Numbered from the stretch's first letter, positions 1 through 26,083 are shown. The stretch: 64,000 bases of DNA from Amoebidium appalachense (GCA_963693365.1 CAVNZM010000002.1:15657615-15721614); one strand, 5' to 3'. The notes: generated by a model not told the origin, from the sequence alone. Numbers and translations are program-made.

Positions 1-72
1 GGGCTGGATTGGAAAGGACAGGAGCTAGCATGCTATTGCTTGGGTGCAGTATGTGTGTGTGTGTGTGGTGGT

Positions 73-134
<62 letters not shown>

Positions 135-146
135 GAGGGGACTTAC

Positions 147-1409
<1,263 letters not shown>

Positions 1410-1628
1410 GTTTCTAGCCCGACAGGAGGGAAACGATGCTGTTTGAGCAGGACTTATAGGAGGCCTTGTCTTTGAGTCGAACAGTCAGCTGGGATGTCTA
1501 TATTAGTCTTTTGTTTAGTCTAAAGTGGCTGTTGTTGATTTTTAAGTTTCAGTGCTCTGACCGAGACTTGCTCTACGTCAGGCAGGTATGTGACGTCAGC
1601 AAGATAAGACTCTTGATATCTCGGCCAT

Positions 1629-1648
1629 CTAGAGACTCGAGTCTCTAG
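1629..1648. promoter_or_regulatory. 20-bp perfect palindrome upstream of ELP4, next to a CRE-like TGACGTCA (1591-1598)
   Basis: CTAGAGACTC|GAGTCTCTAG is seen directly about 220 bp upstream of the ELP4 ATG; a regulatory function is only inferred. Confidence 0.3.
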
Positions 1649-2415
1649 CCGTGGCGTTTCGCGCCTTTTCCCCTGAGCAAGGTGTCCGACAAAGCTCGAC
1701 ATGCTATCTGTTTTGTTCTGCTGTATCTAGGTTTTCTGAAACACTGTGCACGTGTCAGTTATCTCTCTGCCTTGCACATAAGTAGGCTCGTTTGCGTTAT
1801 TTGCTGGCGGAATTTCCAAAATGCCTGCTTGTGCAGCCCTATGGATGCTTACGTTCGTGCACCAAACAATCATCTGTCTGTGTTCCTGCCGAGCGCAAAC
1901 CAGCCACAATCAAGTTCATCGAATGAAGGGGTTGAAAATGCTCGTAAGGCACGATTTCGCACGAGAAAAGGAGTTTTTGGCTGTTTTTGGCAGAGATGAA
2001 GGCTGAGAAAGAAGAGCAACACAAACTGGGCCACGCACCCAGCTGAAAAATTTTGTAGATCTAAGAAAGATCCACGCCTTCCAGACCTCAAAAATAAAAA
2101 TTGGTGCCGCAAGTCCCGTTTCAAGGAAGAGGGCTTCACAGACGATTAAGTCGCTGATTCAGCCCTGCCCATGACGAAAGAACGAGACTCCACATACAGA
2201 GAACAGGCAAAGGCTCTACGTAATCATGGGCGGACCACTCCACACCTGACACTTGAGCCAGAATGAACATGCGAAGCCTTGTCCGGCACCCTTCTCGCAC
2301 GCACGTACACTATAGCGAGAAACCAGATCGAAACAGCACGAGCTGAGCGGGCCTGTGGTTGAAGCAACACTAGAGTAGCCACAGAACATGGTAATGTTGA
2401 TCTGAGGACGAGCTA

Positions 2416-2580
2416 TTGAGGCTGAAAACTGAAATTGGGCAGCTGAACGAGAAGATTGCCACACTTCTGGCTACTGTCGAGGTTCTTCAGCGGAAAGTGG
2501 ACGAACAAAATAAGAGGGAAAGAAATCTTAGGGAGGAAAACGAATGCGAAAAGCTATGGACTTGGCCAAGTTGCAGGAGG
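2416..2580 (+). pseudogene. Decayed coiled-coil coding fragment, possibly a TE ORF1 relic
   Basis: LRLKTEIGQLNEKIATLLATVEVLQRKVDEQNKRERNLREENE has a heptad pattern; the flanks (about 1900-2400) look coding-like but are broken by stops. Confidence 0.3.
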
Positions 2581-3250
2581 CAGTCAGGAAATACACTAAC
2601 CCACCCCCATGCACATAAACACCGGTATCTTGGTTTCATATGGCGCCTGTGCTTGCCACTGCACAGCTGGACCAACGACAATAGTGGCACGACTACGAGT
2701 AATAACACACTTCACGCCACAGGCTTGGCAGCACACACCCAGATCTAGATGCGTATAACGTGCTACAGTGATACAGACGTCGGGGGGAGAGGGGGGAGGG
2801 AGGTGAGAGGGGGGGGGGGGGGGGGGAGGGGGGGGGGGACACGGCACACACCCACACTCATACAGACACGTACAAACCGTCCACCCTACAGTGCTTGGAC
2901 ATGTCTCCCAACGAGTAAGGCATACAAGTCTCAAGCACACAAACCTCCTGTGCACGAGCACACAGTGACGACTGACTTCAGCAGATCTTATTCTGCTGAC
3001 AGACAACACTGTATTTATACTTTGAAAGGGTCCTGAATTGCTCGGCTTCAAGGTGTTGCCGAGGACGACCTGCCGTTTTTCTCACAATACGCGCATATTC
3101 ATACAAAAATGCCACTGGCACAACTTTACGCAATCACAATAGCATGATGTCTCAACATCTAAATGTCTGTTAGCAGGCCACAAACCTAAAGCACACCCAT
3201 GCAGCTTGGCTTCTAATACAAAATTTGGTGGTGTTAATTTACCACAATGA

Positions 3251-3934
3251 TCAACTCTGCCAGCCAAGCAAACGATACAGCCCCCAGGAAACGAAGCGCA
3301 AAAGTCCCTGGTTTGTTTTTGCCGGCCTGTACGGACGCGAAAATACTTCCTGCACGCATATAGCATCAATATCAACGTTGAAATCCCCTCGAACCCGGCG
3401 ACTTTTCACTCCCAATTCCACTCTTGAGAGCACATGCTGAAATCGCTGAGACGGGAGGGTGAAACATCTTTCGTATAGGGCGATGTCAATCACACCCCAC
3501 CCTTGCGCAAATGATGAGGGGTCTTGTGCTAACCTCTCGCGGAATTCCCTGTCGTATGCGTACACCGACATCCAAGAGAATCGAAAACTTGAATCTTCAA
3601 TAAACCGGCGATATGCGTCGAGATCATTCAATAAACCAGGATGCCTTAGTAGCACGGCTATGCTGAAGTTGTCCCATGCCTCTGCCCAGGTCTCAAAACA
3701 TGTGATTTCACGGGTGTATACGACTTTGGCTCCACGAGGATCCGTTTCACAATCCTCGCCATTGATGTATTCCGGGAGAAAATATCGAAGATCAGAAATG
3801 TATACGCACTGTGAGTAGAGTGAGCGTCTTGAAATTCTGGGGCTGTTGAAACGGCGTGGGGACAGGTCAAGGGGAAGTGTTTCTGCTTCACCTGCCCCGC
3901 CTTGGCGGTTGTATGCTTCTGTTCGTATGTGCAT
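3251..3934 (-). mobile_element. DIRS/Ngaro-type (tyrosine-recombinase retrotransposon) Gag-like ORF, solitary relic
   Basis: Intronless 227-aa ORF containing ITCFETWAEAWDNFSIAVLLRHP...LDAYRRFI...FSWMSVYAYDREFRERLA...WGVIDIALYERCF, the W..A+..Y / YD..FR / W...D..L pattern of DIRS/Ngaro Gag. No RT, RNase H or YR nearby. Confidence 0.65.
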
Positions 3935-4578
3935 GGTGACGATTGAGCGTTCAGAAGAAAGAATAGGAGGCTAATGGTGGTTGTTTTGTGTCCACTGCTT
4001 GATAAATGGAAACACTATAAGAACTCATGTCATGTGCACATAAACTAAAAACCACGTCAACAGGAGAAAATGAATATCTGTATCCACTCGTAGCGACTGT
4101 GAGTGTAAGCCAAAAACAGGGCAGTTGTCAACATAAAAGCCACTGAAATGTGCAGCTTGAAATGTTCAGAATGTTTCGAGTCGTCGACTGTTTGATTGTG
4201 CTGACAAGAAGGAGTGTGATTGGATACATGTCACATATGGAATGTACCGGCTGATGGCTGCTTTACAAGATGATCATTGGTTTATCTTGTTTTGGGAAGT
4301 GGTGATCCTGCGAATACTCTATAGTAATAAGGCGTGAATGTTTATGTATGGAAACAGTGTAAGCGAGCATATTACTTGGAATAGAGATTCTTAAAAAAGC
4401 TTTGTGAGCTAAAGCAAGTCTTTTCTTCATAGTAAATGGCCACACTTTTCTCGACGTTCCCAGGAATGCAACAAGTGGACAAACAAGCCAATCAGATGGC
4501 ACTGGAACTAAATGGAATGTGCTTTTCGGATCACGTGGCACGTGAGAGCTTACTCTCCGGAATTCTTTTTATAGACTA

Positions 4579-5140
4579 CTAGCCAATTCTTGGTTCTGCG
4601 TGCATTTTGGCGGGGGCACGCCTTACGGGTCTGAAGCCTTTGACACGCACACACACACGCACAAACACTTGTAAACAGTCACACAGTGACAGTGGCATAA
4701 CGCATGAACGTTCACATACACACCACAAGCACGCGCACGTCATGTACACTTGCACGCACCACGAGATGCTTAAACCTCTGACCAACACGGTACGGAACGG
4801 GGCTATTGTAGATCTGATATGATCGCGAGCTGCACGCACTGGGGCACAAGCTATTTTTTACTGAAAATTTTTAATCGCCTTATTGAATCCGTGAGTTTAG
4901 TTATCATTTTCGGCTGGTAATGGTATTACAGCGCCCCCCCCCCCCCCCCCCCCCCTCTTTAGGGCCGGGGGGGGGGGGGGGGGGAAGGCTTGAGCAGTGA
5001 GTGCACGTGTCATGCAATGCGGCACAGACACAGGACATGATATAAACAAAAAAGGGTAAAGAAGTGTATGCAGAAGTGTAGAGGTTTCAAGGAGTGCAAA
5101 GTTAGAATCATCAAACAGATGGGACGCTTTTTTTTTTTTT

Positions 5141-5185
<45 letters not shown>

Positions 5186-5280
5186 TGGGGATCCCAAAGA
5201 ATTACACTAACGGAAGATTTGCTAGAACACAAACAGAAGCAAACATCCACAGATGGACGGACAACTTTTCTTTTATTAGA
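4579..5280 (-). mobile_element. Candidate non-autonomous Helitron1 (about 700 bp)
   Basis: On the - strand: A|TCTAATAAAAGAAAAGTTGTCCGTCC at the 5' end, hairpin GCGTGC-N12-GCACGC (4598-4621), and CTAG|T at the 3' end; no TSD. Confidence 0.35.
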
Positions 5281-5991
5281 TAGTTAGTCGGCGTCCGTTT
5301 TCAACAGACCCCATCATGATGGCCTTTTGGGTTGCCTGGAAGCGGAGATTGCTCCAAATATGGGCAACTCCAAACATTTCAGAGACCCTAATGGATTTGC
5401 ACCGTGAAACACCGGTTTAGACCTTAATCAAGAGTGTTCCTCGTGCAACAAATCAGAACAAATCAGAGTAATTGCAGTGAAAGTCCTCATTAAAATCATT
5501 TAGCAGTTACCTATTTCTAATGTTAAATCATTCATTCGTAGGCCAAATTACATGTCAACTTGCTGGAAGTATTTCGTCTAGTGCTGCGGGTGCGTTTAGC
5601 TTATTTGCAGGATATACCGACACAAAATTTAAAGCACGAGTTCCCTTCAAAAAGTTGCACATAGGTTGAGCAAAAGTTCAAAATTACATTATAATAGTCT
5701 CTACCTCATACACACAACTTGCCGGCCAATCCTGCCAGCATTGGCCACTGTCATGCACAGTGCCCCCACCCCCCCCCCCCCCCTCCCCCCACCCCACCCC
5801 ACCACCACCACCACCATCATCTCCTAACTTACCACGTGTGGAATGCCCCAATCAAATGCATACACAGAGTATCCCAAAAATATGTGCACTGAACACTACT
5901 GCATAGTAAAAAAGCAAGAATCAACCGTCAGGGAAGCACTCACACGATGGTCGTGTCGAATTATTACTGCTTTCCAAAAATAGCGAGCCAA

Positions 5992-16702
<10,711 letters not shown>

Positions 16703-17349
16703 TTTCACGTGATTTGGCCCAAGACATGGGTGGAACCAGTAGGTGTCAGAGAGGATTTATGTGCAAACCGTGCCTCTGTGCTTTCTCTCCGCCCTTCCCA
16801 CCTTTGTACTATCTTAGTAAATTGCTATGCTATATGAGTAATTATGTTGTGTGGAAGGCCCCAGAACTCATGGTAAGCTACACACAAAAAAAACGGAAAA
16901 CTCGCACGGTTGTGTCTTGAGCACGTTGATTGTGACCGTCACAAACCAACTCAGTCACTCAGCTGCCGCTCAGCTGAGTCGGACGCTGACAGATCAAATG
17001 CATTCCAACCCATATTTGGTCTGATACGGTCCTTTATTGGGGCGATCTGCCTTATTTCCATTGGATGCAATAAACGCTATAGCCCGATGTAGCCAATCAC
17101 CGATGACTAAATATGACGTAATGGTCACTATTAGAATGTGTAGAATGTGCCAAACGATTCAGTGATTGGTAGAACGTTTTTGGCGCCATTTTCGTTTGGA
17201 GGACCCCCGCTCCCGGCCCCCGGAGCCTGAGGCCGTGGCAGTCACTAGTACTACAGGTAAACACACAGACAGACACACACGAACTCACAAAAACACACAG
17301 GAACAGGCACGTGCACACACAAGCATGTGAACACCACATACCACTTCTT

Positions 17350-17408
<59 letters not shown>

Positions 17409-17626
17409 CTTGAAGGCAAAGGAGCATGTGTTCATTATGTAACAACGGAAGGTAGCATGGCGGAATACATTGCAGGAAAAGGACAAAAGGTTGTGTAGGG
17501 CAGAAGACACGCTGTAGAGCGGCTATGGGACAGCGAATAATTCAAAGGCATATCCACAAGTCTATGTGAAAACACACGCCAGGCCTACCCCTCATGTATA
17601 CAATAAGCAGTATATGCATAATACCA

Positions 17627-17716
17627 TGTTTCAGTAGTCGACTTCGAGATGAAACTGAGTCTGGTGCCAGACTGTTTCAGTAGTCGACTTCGAGATAAAA
17701 AGTCTGGTGCCAGACT
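17627..17716. repeat. Tandem duplication, about 46-bp unit x2
   Basis: TGTTTCAGTAGTCGACTTCGAGAT...AGTCTGGTGCCAGAC occurs at 17627 and 17673. Confidence 0.9.
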
Positions 17717-18094
17717 TAAGACCAAGTACTAATATGTGCTGCATGTGCCCTAAGCCTTTACCAGAAGTGGAAGTTCATAACTGACGGAGGGATTTTGTAG
17801 CGTTTTTAAGACCGTGAAAGCAAATGACCTTTATTTAGAGAAAACATTTTTATGTCAATAACCGTAGAAAGCATCATTCCTACCCACGCTCACACGCTGA
17901 ACGTTGCAAGGAAAAAAATCATGACGGGAACTGCAACAATCGCGAAAATGCAAAAACATATGGTATTTGCGCTTATTACAAAAATGACACCTCAGCGTGG
18001 CAAACACACAAACAAACACACACACACACACACACACACACGCGCGCGCGCACATGTGTACACACACACACACACACACACACATACACACACC

Positions 18095-18208
<114 letters not shown>

Positions 18209-18432
18209 GGTCACACGCACACACCGTGGCACACACACATGTACACACGCACGCACATACACACACGCGCGCGTACCTACACACCCACGCGCGCGTATAG
18301 ACACACGCAAACACCCGCGCACACACAAATACATACAGGCGCACACATGCTACACACATGCACGCACTGCCACACACATACACGTGCACAGAGTCACACA
18401 TGCGCACGCAAACATGTACACGCACACATGCC

Positions 18433-18487
<55 letters not shown>

Positions 18488-19390
18488 AGACACACAGACA
18501 CACACAAACTTGTAACTTACATTCCATATGCCAGTATACAAACACTATAATAATAACATAACAATTATTGCCCGGTCACACAATGGTCAAACGGTTATGT
18601 AGCATTACGCACACTGCCTGCAGCTGGCACACGCAAGCGCCCGCGCGCGCACACACACACGCACACACAAACCCCAGTGCATCATGTGTGACCAATTGAT
18701 GATTTGCATCTTGACCACATCGGCAACCCGTATCTTCCGAGCCATGCCTCTTATTATTCAGAGGAGGCCCAGCCTCGGGAATGAAAAGCCAGAAAGATAT
18801 AATAATACAGTGATCTACATGTTGGTTGCGGTATTAATGAGGTATTGGATATACAAAATAGGAACATCAAAGTGAGAGAAATATATTCAACAGATATATT
18901 ACACAGAGATCTATTTGTTGTGATATCTCATTTGTTGTGATGTTGTGATATGATAGTGGACACGTAACATACAACACTGTCACATAACGCTAGGCACTAG
19001 AATGTCGAGAAAGAAGACGATAATCTATATAACAGGAAACGCTCATTACGGTTCTGTGGCTATTTTTTCATGCTCTAGCGTTGAAATTTAAAGAAGGGTT
19101 CTTATAGAGTTTGGTTGCCAAATCGAAACGAGAATATGAAAGAAACACGTATTTCTGTGTAATTATTTGGGAGAAGCTGGCTCAGGCCTAAAAAGGAAAA
19201 AATGCCAGGAAAAAAACCTTTTTACATTATTAAAACAAGCCCTTCTATGCAAGGCCACCTTGGAGTCAAAATCCCCCCCCCCTCCTCTCCCCCCCCCCCC
19301 CCCACACACACACACGAACACCCCCGGCCTTCACAACAACATCTTCTATCAACATTCGTCGGCTAAAAGTAAATTGCCGCTTGCACGCTT

Positions 19391-19903
19391 TCATGCCAAA
19401 GCCACCCCAAAACATGCCGGCACACTGAGAATGAAGGAGAGAAAAGCCACCGCCAGAAATGCGAGAATAGACTCTCCCATTGAGACGTTTAGGGGGACCG
19501 GGTTCCTGGATTTCTGGGCCCATGGTCTGGGCTTGCAGCCTGTGTGTGTGTATCATGTGTGTGTGTGTGGGGGGGGGGGGGGGGGGGGGGGGATATACTT
19601 GTGTGTGCGCGTGCGCGTGGTGGTGTGTTTGTGTGAACGTACTTGCGAAGAGAGAGTGTGTGTGCCGTGCAGCCCGCAGTGTGTGTGTACATGTGTGTGA
19701 GTATCAGTAAATGGCTGGGTGGATGTGGGCTTGAATGGGGTGCAAGGCATTGGGAGGGCCTGAGGCGGTTATTGGAAAGAGAGTAGAGGGTGCCTAGAGA
19801 AAGATCGAAGTTATAACTGTGTCCTTGGTGCATGTGCATAAAATACTTGGATGTTCAGAAGATGTGTATGTGGCCGAGGTGTGTGCGTGTACGTGTGCGT
19901 GTA

Positions 19904-19971
<68 letters not shown>

Positions 19972-20358
19972 GATTTCTTTTTCCCATTTTTTTCTTTTTT
20001 GCAGGTTTCCTGTGGTTTTTTTTTATATACACATTCATAACGGGGAGAGAGGGTGAGTGGGTGGGTGGGTGGGTGGGTGGTGGTGGTGGTGATGGTGGTT
20101 GGGGGCCGGGGGGGGGGGGGGGGGGGGGGGGGAAGGGGGGGGAGGGGGGGGGGGGGGGGGGGAACCCAAGGCCTCTGCAGCCATCAATCCACTGTTGCAG
20201 GCATTGTCTAGCAGGGGGATCCCAGGTAGTGCATAGGCCCCACACACATAGAGCCCCCCTCCCCTTGAAATTTCGAAAGGTCGGAGAGAGCCTTGTGGCT
20301 GGTGAGGGTCACGGTCGAGCGATCAAACGTCGATGTGGACTGTGTGTGTGTGTGTAAC

Positions 20359-20421
<63 letters not shown>

Positions 20422-20800
20422 TGTGAGTCTGTGTATGTGTATGTGTCTGAGTCTGTGTCTGTGTCTGTGTCTGTGTCTGTGTCTGTGTCAGTCTGTGTGC
20501 GTGATTGAGTTGACTTGGATAGGTGGGCAGTAGAAATTTGTGTTCCTGGGGGGGCGTAGGCAAGGGTGAGGGGAAGGAAGACACCTGCTTATTATCTGCC
20601 TCTTGCAGTGCACGGTGGTGTTGCAGCAAGTGCAGACGATGGGGGTGCGCTTGATGATCCCACTGGCTTCCGTGTTGTCTATGCCCGTTCTGATAAGAAT
20701 GGGCGCATTGTCTCCTTCTCCTGTAGTTGCCCAGAGTACCGTGGGCGCAGGCGCAATGCCAAACGCGATGGTTTTGTCAAATGCTTCCACTTCTGGCCCC
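19391..20800 (-). pseudogene. 3' exons of a flavin-dependent amine-oxidase-like (COG2907-like) oxidoreductase with a C-terminal TM; disrupted
   Basis: Exons ~20800-20585, 20339-20166 and 19539-19391 give STFDRSTVTLTSHKALSDLSKFQGEGG[fs]LYVCGAYALPGIPLLDNACNSGLMAAEALG/CKPRPW...ILAFLAVAFLSFILSVPACFGVALA*. There is a frameshift in a G6 run near 20255 and a phase mismatch at 20585/20339, and the 5' exons were not found. Confidence 0.65.
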
Positions 20801-21027
20801 TTCAGATGTTATACTGAGCTGCAGTTGCCCCATGCCCCATTTTCACAAGGTGTGGGTGGGTGGGTGGGTGGTTGGGTGGGTGGGTGGGTGGGTGGGTGGG
20901 TGAGTGGGTGGGTGTGGGTGTGAGGGGGGGGGGGGGGGGTGTTTGTGTGTGTGTGTACGTGCGCACACACACACGTCCGAGAACACAAGTACACCTACAC
21001 ACTTCCACGCGCGCGCACACACACGGA

Positions 21028-21061
<34 letters not shown>

Positions 21062-21357
21062 TTCTATCAACCCACTCGCCGAATCCACATCACCCACAAA
21101 CCACTTTCAACCTATGGTATTGCCTAGGGTAAATGAACGCCGTGCGTGTGTGTGCGTGTTTGTGTGTGTATTTTTTGTTTTACTTTTGGACTTTTTTGGG
21201 AGGGGGGGTGAGAGAGGGAAAGGTGTTTGTTTGGGGGGGGGGGGGAGAAAGGGGGGAGGGGGGGAGGGGGGAGGGGGGGAGGGGGGAGGGGCAGAAGGAC
21301 AGTGTTTCTTTTCTTTTTTCCCTCCTTTTTCCTTTTGATGGTCGAAGGGTGGGTGAG

Positions 21358-21415
<58 letters not shown>

Positions 21416-21417
21416 GA

Positions 21418-21482
<65 letters not shown>

Positions 21483-21518
21483 TACACACACACACACACA
21501 TACACCTGAAAGCGCGCG

Positions 21519-21601
<83 letters not shown>

Positions 21602-22016
21602 ACACACACATACACACACACACACGCACACGTACACACATGCACATGCCTCGCACGCGCATGCGCACATCGTAAAAAACACACACAAACAGACACACCT
21701 GGAAGCACACACACGCACACGCGCACACACACACACAGACAGACACACACAGAGAGAGAGATATAGGGATACACACATACACGTCACACATAGCATACAT
21801 CAAGTATGTATGCATATACATGCACATGTGTACATGTATGCAGGCTCGCACACATCCTCTCACACAAGCCACAATTGCACTTTACACTATCCCCCCTATC
21901 CCCCTCTCCCCCCCACAAAAAAAAAAAAAAAAAAGTCCCCATACCCAACATCCCGACCCAGACACCCATTCAACCTTGACCGCAGATGATCCGACTAAAA
22001 ATACCCCCTCCCCCGG

Positions 22017-22061
<45 letters not shown>

Positions 22062-22160
22062 CCAACCAACCAAAAAAAAAAAAAAAAAAAAAAAAACACC
22101 CCCAACCCTTTTTGAGTCCCGTACTCCTGTAAACCAAAAATTTACTCGTGTAAACCACAG

Positions 22161-22680
22161 GAGGTGGATGTGCCCCAACTGGCCATGTACTATGGACCGC
22201 GCCGACCTAAGGCTCCCGAGCCCCTTCCTCGCGACCTTGCACATGGCAAGCCCCGCTGGTTCCTGCATCGCACTGGTCAAATCAAGCGATATTTGATGTT
22301 CGATAATTTTCACTTCAACCCTACACAAGGACGGCAACACAAGCATAAGCGGTCGGAGGCAACCAATCGGTCGCGCTGTGATGCCTACAACGCGCGCCTG
22401 TGCAAGCAGCTCAAAAGGCAGCATCAGTACAACACAGTTTCGCATGAGATTTGGAACAGCCTTTGCTGAGCGCCGCAAAGCAACTGTGCGGTACCCGGAC
22501 CCGTATGCGTTCTACCTCGCCAACGTGTACCTTAACTACTGCACCAACAAGAAGCTGGTAGCTGCCCAGCGCGAGAGCATGCAGAAGTGCGCTCTAGATG
22601 GGGAGATTGTGGTGCGGGGGCCAGATCACTGCTGGGCATTTGCCTGTGCAAAGTTACGAGACCATTGGGCACCGTGCTGA
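22161..22680 (+). mobile_element. Degenerate KDZ-type (Kyakuja/Dileera/Zisupton-like) transposase C-terminal fragment
   Basis: Frameshifted PQLAMY.DRA.../ P.WF...FDNFHF...H...YNTVSHEIWNS / RYPDPYAFYLANVYLNYCTNKK resembles the YD.AC, D.FH, NT..E..NS catalytic pattern of KDZ transposases. Confidence 0.5.
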
Positions 22681-23018
22681 GCAGTGCCCGGCCTGAGTCC
22701 AGGGGTGCATGGGGGCTTAGTTGATCTCTCCACTTAGTGTGGGCCTTTTTCGCGTGCACCTCTTTTCTTTTCTACCTCTTTTCTGGGTTCTATTTTCTTT
22801 TTGCCTCTTTTCTGGGTCGTTTCTGTGTGAGTGTGTGTTTGGGGGGGGGGGGGGGGGGGGGGGGGGGGATACTTGCTTGGATTCTTTCATTAGAAAGGCT
22901 TCTGCTGTCCACTAAGACTGCAAACTGGGGTGTAATATTAGACATTAGCTTCTTTTCGTACCCATGTAGATTCCCTTCCAGGCGAGACCCCCCGCTTGGA
23001 GGGGTTCTTTGTGATAGA

Positions 23019-23200
23019 TTTTCTCCTAAATTCGGCTAAGTTTGATTTAGTAGTTTTATCTTTGTGCTTCTTTTCTCCTAAATTCGGCTAAGTTTGATTT
23101 AATTGTCTAAGCGTCCACCCAAGTGAGGCATGGTTGTATAGTTATCCTATAAATCCGTAATATGTATAGCTTGGGGGCGCCTGCGGCACCCCTCGTCTAG
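23019..23200 (+). mobile_element. Helitron1-like 3' terminus (GC hairpin + CTAG|T) preceded by a 31-bp direct repeat
   Basis: GGGGCGCC-TGC-GGCACCCC (23174-23192) followed by TCGTCTAG|T ending at 23200; TTTTCTCCTAAATTCGGCTAAGTTTGATTTA x2 at about 23019 and 23071. Confidence 0.4.
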
Positions 23201-23594
23201 TGTGTGGCCGTGCTGGAAAACACAGTAGGCCACACATGCAAACGAGGGGCTGTGCTCCCACCGTTTCCCAAAATATAGGCCGTGTAAACCTGTTGGTTAT
23301 CGCTGGGGAAGACGTGGTAGGGAAAACGGGGTAGGGGGGTCCATGAGTGAAAATGTATGCTGAAAACAGAAAGCGTAAAGCCTGTTTTCATGATTAGTAT
23401 AGTATAAATCATTGAGTAAAGTTTGCCCGGTACCCAGCGTGTCAGATGTATTGCCACTGCCTGTGCTCCCCCCCCCCCCTCTCCCCCCCCCCCCCCCCCC
23501 CCACCCATTCTCTCTCGGCCTCCTTTCCTTCCAAAACCTGCCTAGTGTGCCCTGAAAAGAGAGAGCCGGAGAGGCAACACGAACACAAGAGAGG

Positions 23595-23642
<48 letters not shown>

Positions 23643-23838
23643 CCACACTAATCTAAACAATCGTATATACATAACAAAATGTAAATTATCAGTAATCTCG
23701 CAACACATGCACGATACATTTGCAGCATGTAACGAATTTGTGCACTTGGTTTGCCCGATAATTAAAACTTTCAGAGGGGCCAGAAGTGGAAGCTCCGTGT
23801 GTTGCCATGTGTGTGTGTGTGTCACACGGTGTGTGTGT

Positions 23839-23903
<65 letters not shown>

Positions 23904-24165
23904 GTGCAAGGGTAGCCTGACTTCTATGAAATACTAATAATGCAGCAAGCTACCAGCCAAGCTTGTGTGTTCACGTTTCCCAAATATATGGGGTACGGCC
24001 CGATGCTGGAATACATGCCATGGGATTTTTTAATTTGAAATGTGCCACGATGGAGGGGCGAGGGGAGGGGGGGGGGGGGGGGGGGGGGGGGGGTAAATAT
24101 ATCGACGTCCCCCCCGCCCCCTCCCCCCCCCCCCCCTCTTCTTTGAGGAGTGGTACTGGTAACTA

Positions 24166-24198
<33 letters not shown>

Positions 24199-25621
24199 CC
24201 CCCCCTCCTCCCCCTCCCATCAGCAGCACCGTAGGCCCCCCCCCCACCCCCCCACCCCCTGCCCCCCGCCTGGGTATTAAATCTGGTGAAAGTATGTGCT
24301 CTGATAAAGATACGGAAGACAACTTAGGCCTAGGTTCCACCCCTTGTTGTGCAACCAGCCAAAACACATAGTTACGTGCATTTTGATTATCATGTTAATC
24401 ATTCAAAAGACTACAACGTTTGTGTGTGTACGCGAGATGGCCATGGGGAGACTGGTTGCGAGTCCCTCCCAGGCCTGCGAAGGGAGTGAGGGGACCCCGG
24501 GGAGGGAGGGAGGGAAGGGAGGGGGGGGGAGAGGGGGTGGGGGGGGGGGGGAGAGGGGGGAAGGGCTGCTCTCTTGTGACTGTATGGTGCCACACCTGAG
24601 TTTCAGGTGATCAAAGAGTCCTGTCCGAGCAGTAGGCTCCAATGTTACGGTTTTTGGAATATACTATGATGTTATCGGTTACCACTGCTAAATCATAGCA
24701 CTACTTTTATATGATCACCGGGTTATCTAAATACAAATATAGTCTTATGCATGGTGGCCTGGGGGTGGGGCCCCGGGAGGAGGGGGAAGGGGGGGGGGGG
24801 GGGGGAGGTTGGGGGGGGAAGAGGGGGGGGGGGGGGGGGGGGGGGCTGAGGGGGGAGGGGGACCCAACAGACCACCTGTTCAAAGGGGAGGGGAGGGGGG
24901 AGGAGATAAAAACTACAACTGGAGTCCCCCCAACTCCGGGGTTCATGATCAGAATCAAGAACACACCCTCAGTGCTGTCTGGTTGCTATACCATATAACA
25001 CAGGCCTGCGCGGCTGCAGGACCCCAGCGAAGTCGATTCCGTTTATATATTCCTACTAAATTTGGTTGTTTTATACACTTTTCTCAACATCGACGACGTG
25101 AGACCAAAAGAGTACCGACCACATAGTAGATAGTATACGTAGGTATTCAGCAGACCTGCTGATCATGGTATTGTATCTGTTAAATTATAATAAAGAAGTA
25201 TGCTGCAGATGCTGTGCGCATACTAATAATAATAATGATGACTGTTTAATAGCATCCAGTCCAAAGAATTGCTAACGGCAGTATTTCGCCGGCACCTGTA
25301 TATGTGCCATATGCATCGCGCAGGCAGACGTGTGCACGTGTATGTGTACACCAATATGATGACTGTACACCTGATGTATGTCCATGCATGTACATGTGCG
25401 TGCGCGCCACATTGTATGTCCATGCATGTTCATGTGTGTGCGCGCCGCATGATCATGATGCCACAGTGCAACAAACCCGTCCATAATGATGCCACGCTGC
25501 AGTATTGTTCAAGTGGCACATGCAGTATTGGGCACTATGCTCGCTCGCCCACGTGACTGGCAATGATTCTGGTTGCGCGCATGCAAGGGATTCTTGAGTT
25601 TGAAACGGGGGGTAGTAACTT

Positions 25622-25689
<68 letters not shown>

Positions 25690-26049
25690 CCACCCACCCC
25701 TCCGGCCAGCAGGGGGAAGGGGGGGGGGCCACCACCCACGTGAGAAAAGTGGGTCCCCGGGGGGGAGGGGGGGGGGACCCACCCACCCCCCGTAAGCTGC
25801 CATCATTTGACTATTAATATCAGATAACCTGATGATATATTAGTACTATTATCACTGCGGTGTACATAGTATTAAATTGTCAATGCCAAAACACAAACAT
25901 TGAGGCTCACTAATAGAAGTCCTTGATCACCTGAAACTCAGGCTATATGCCGTACGGTCATATGCTCGGGAGTCTCCTTCCCCTCCCCCCTCCCCCCCTC
26001 CCCGGTCCCCTCGGGGCCCCTGTCCCCCCCCCCCTCCCCCGGGGCCCCT

Positions 26050-26083
<34 letters not shown>

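Noticed and set aside
3340-3400. AP-endonuclease-like motifs GDFN and DAICVQE in the Gag ORF tail
   Set aside because: The motifs are adjacent and in the wrong order for an APE domain, and no other APE motifs are present.
21070-24480. Possible upstream exons of the oxidoreductase (for example 23553-23505 and 21124-21100)
   Set aside because: No consistent phase or recognisable motif could be established.
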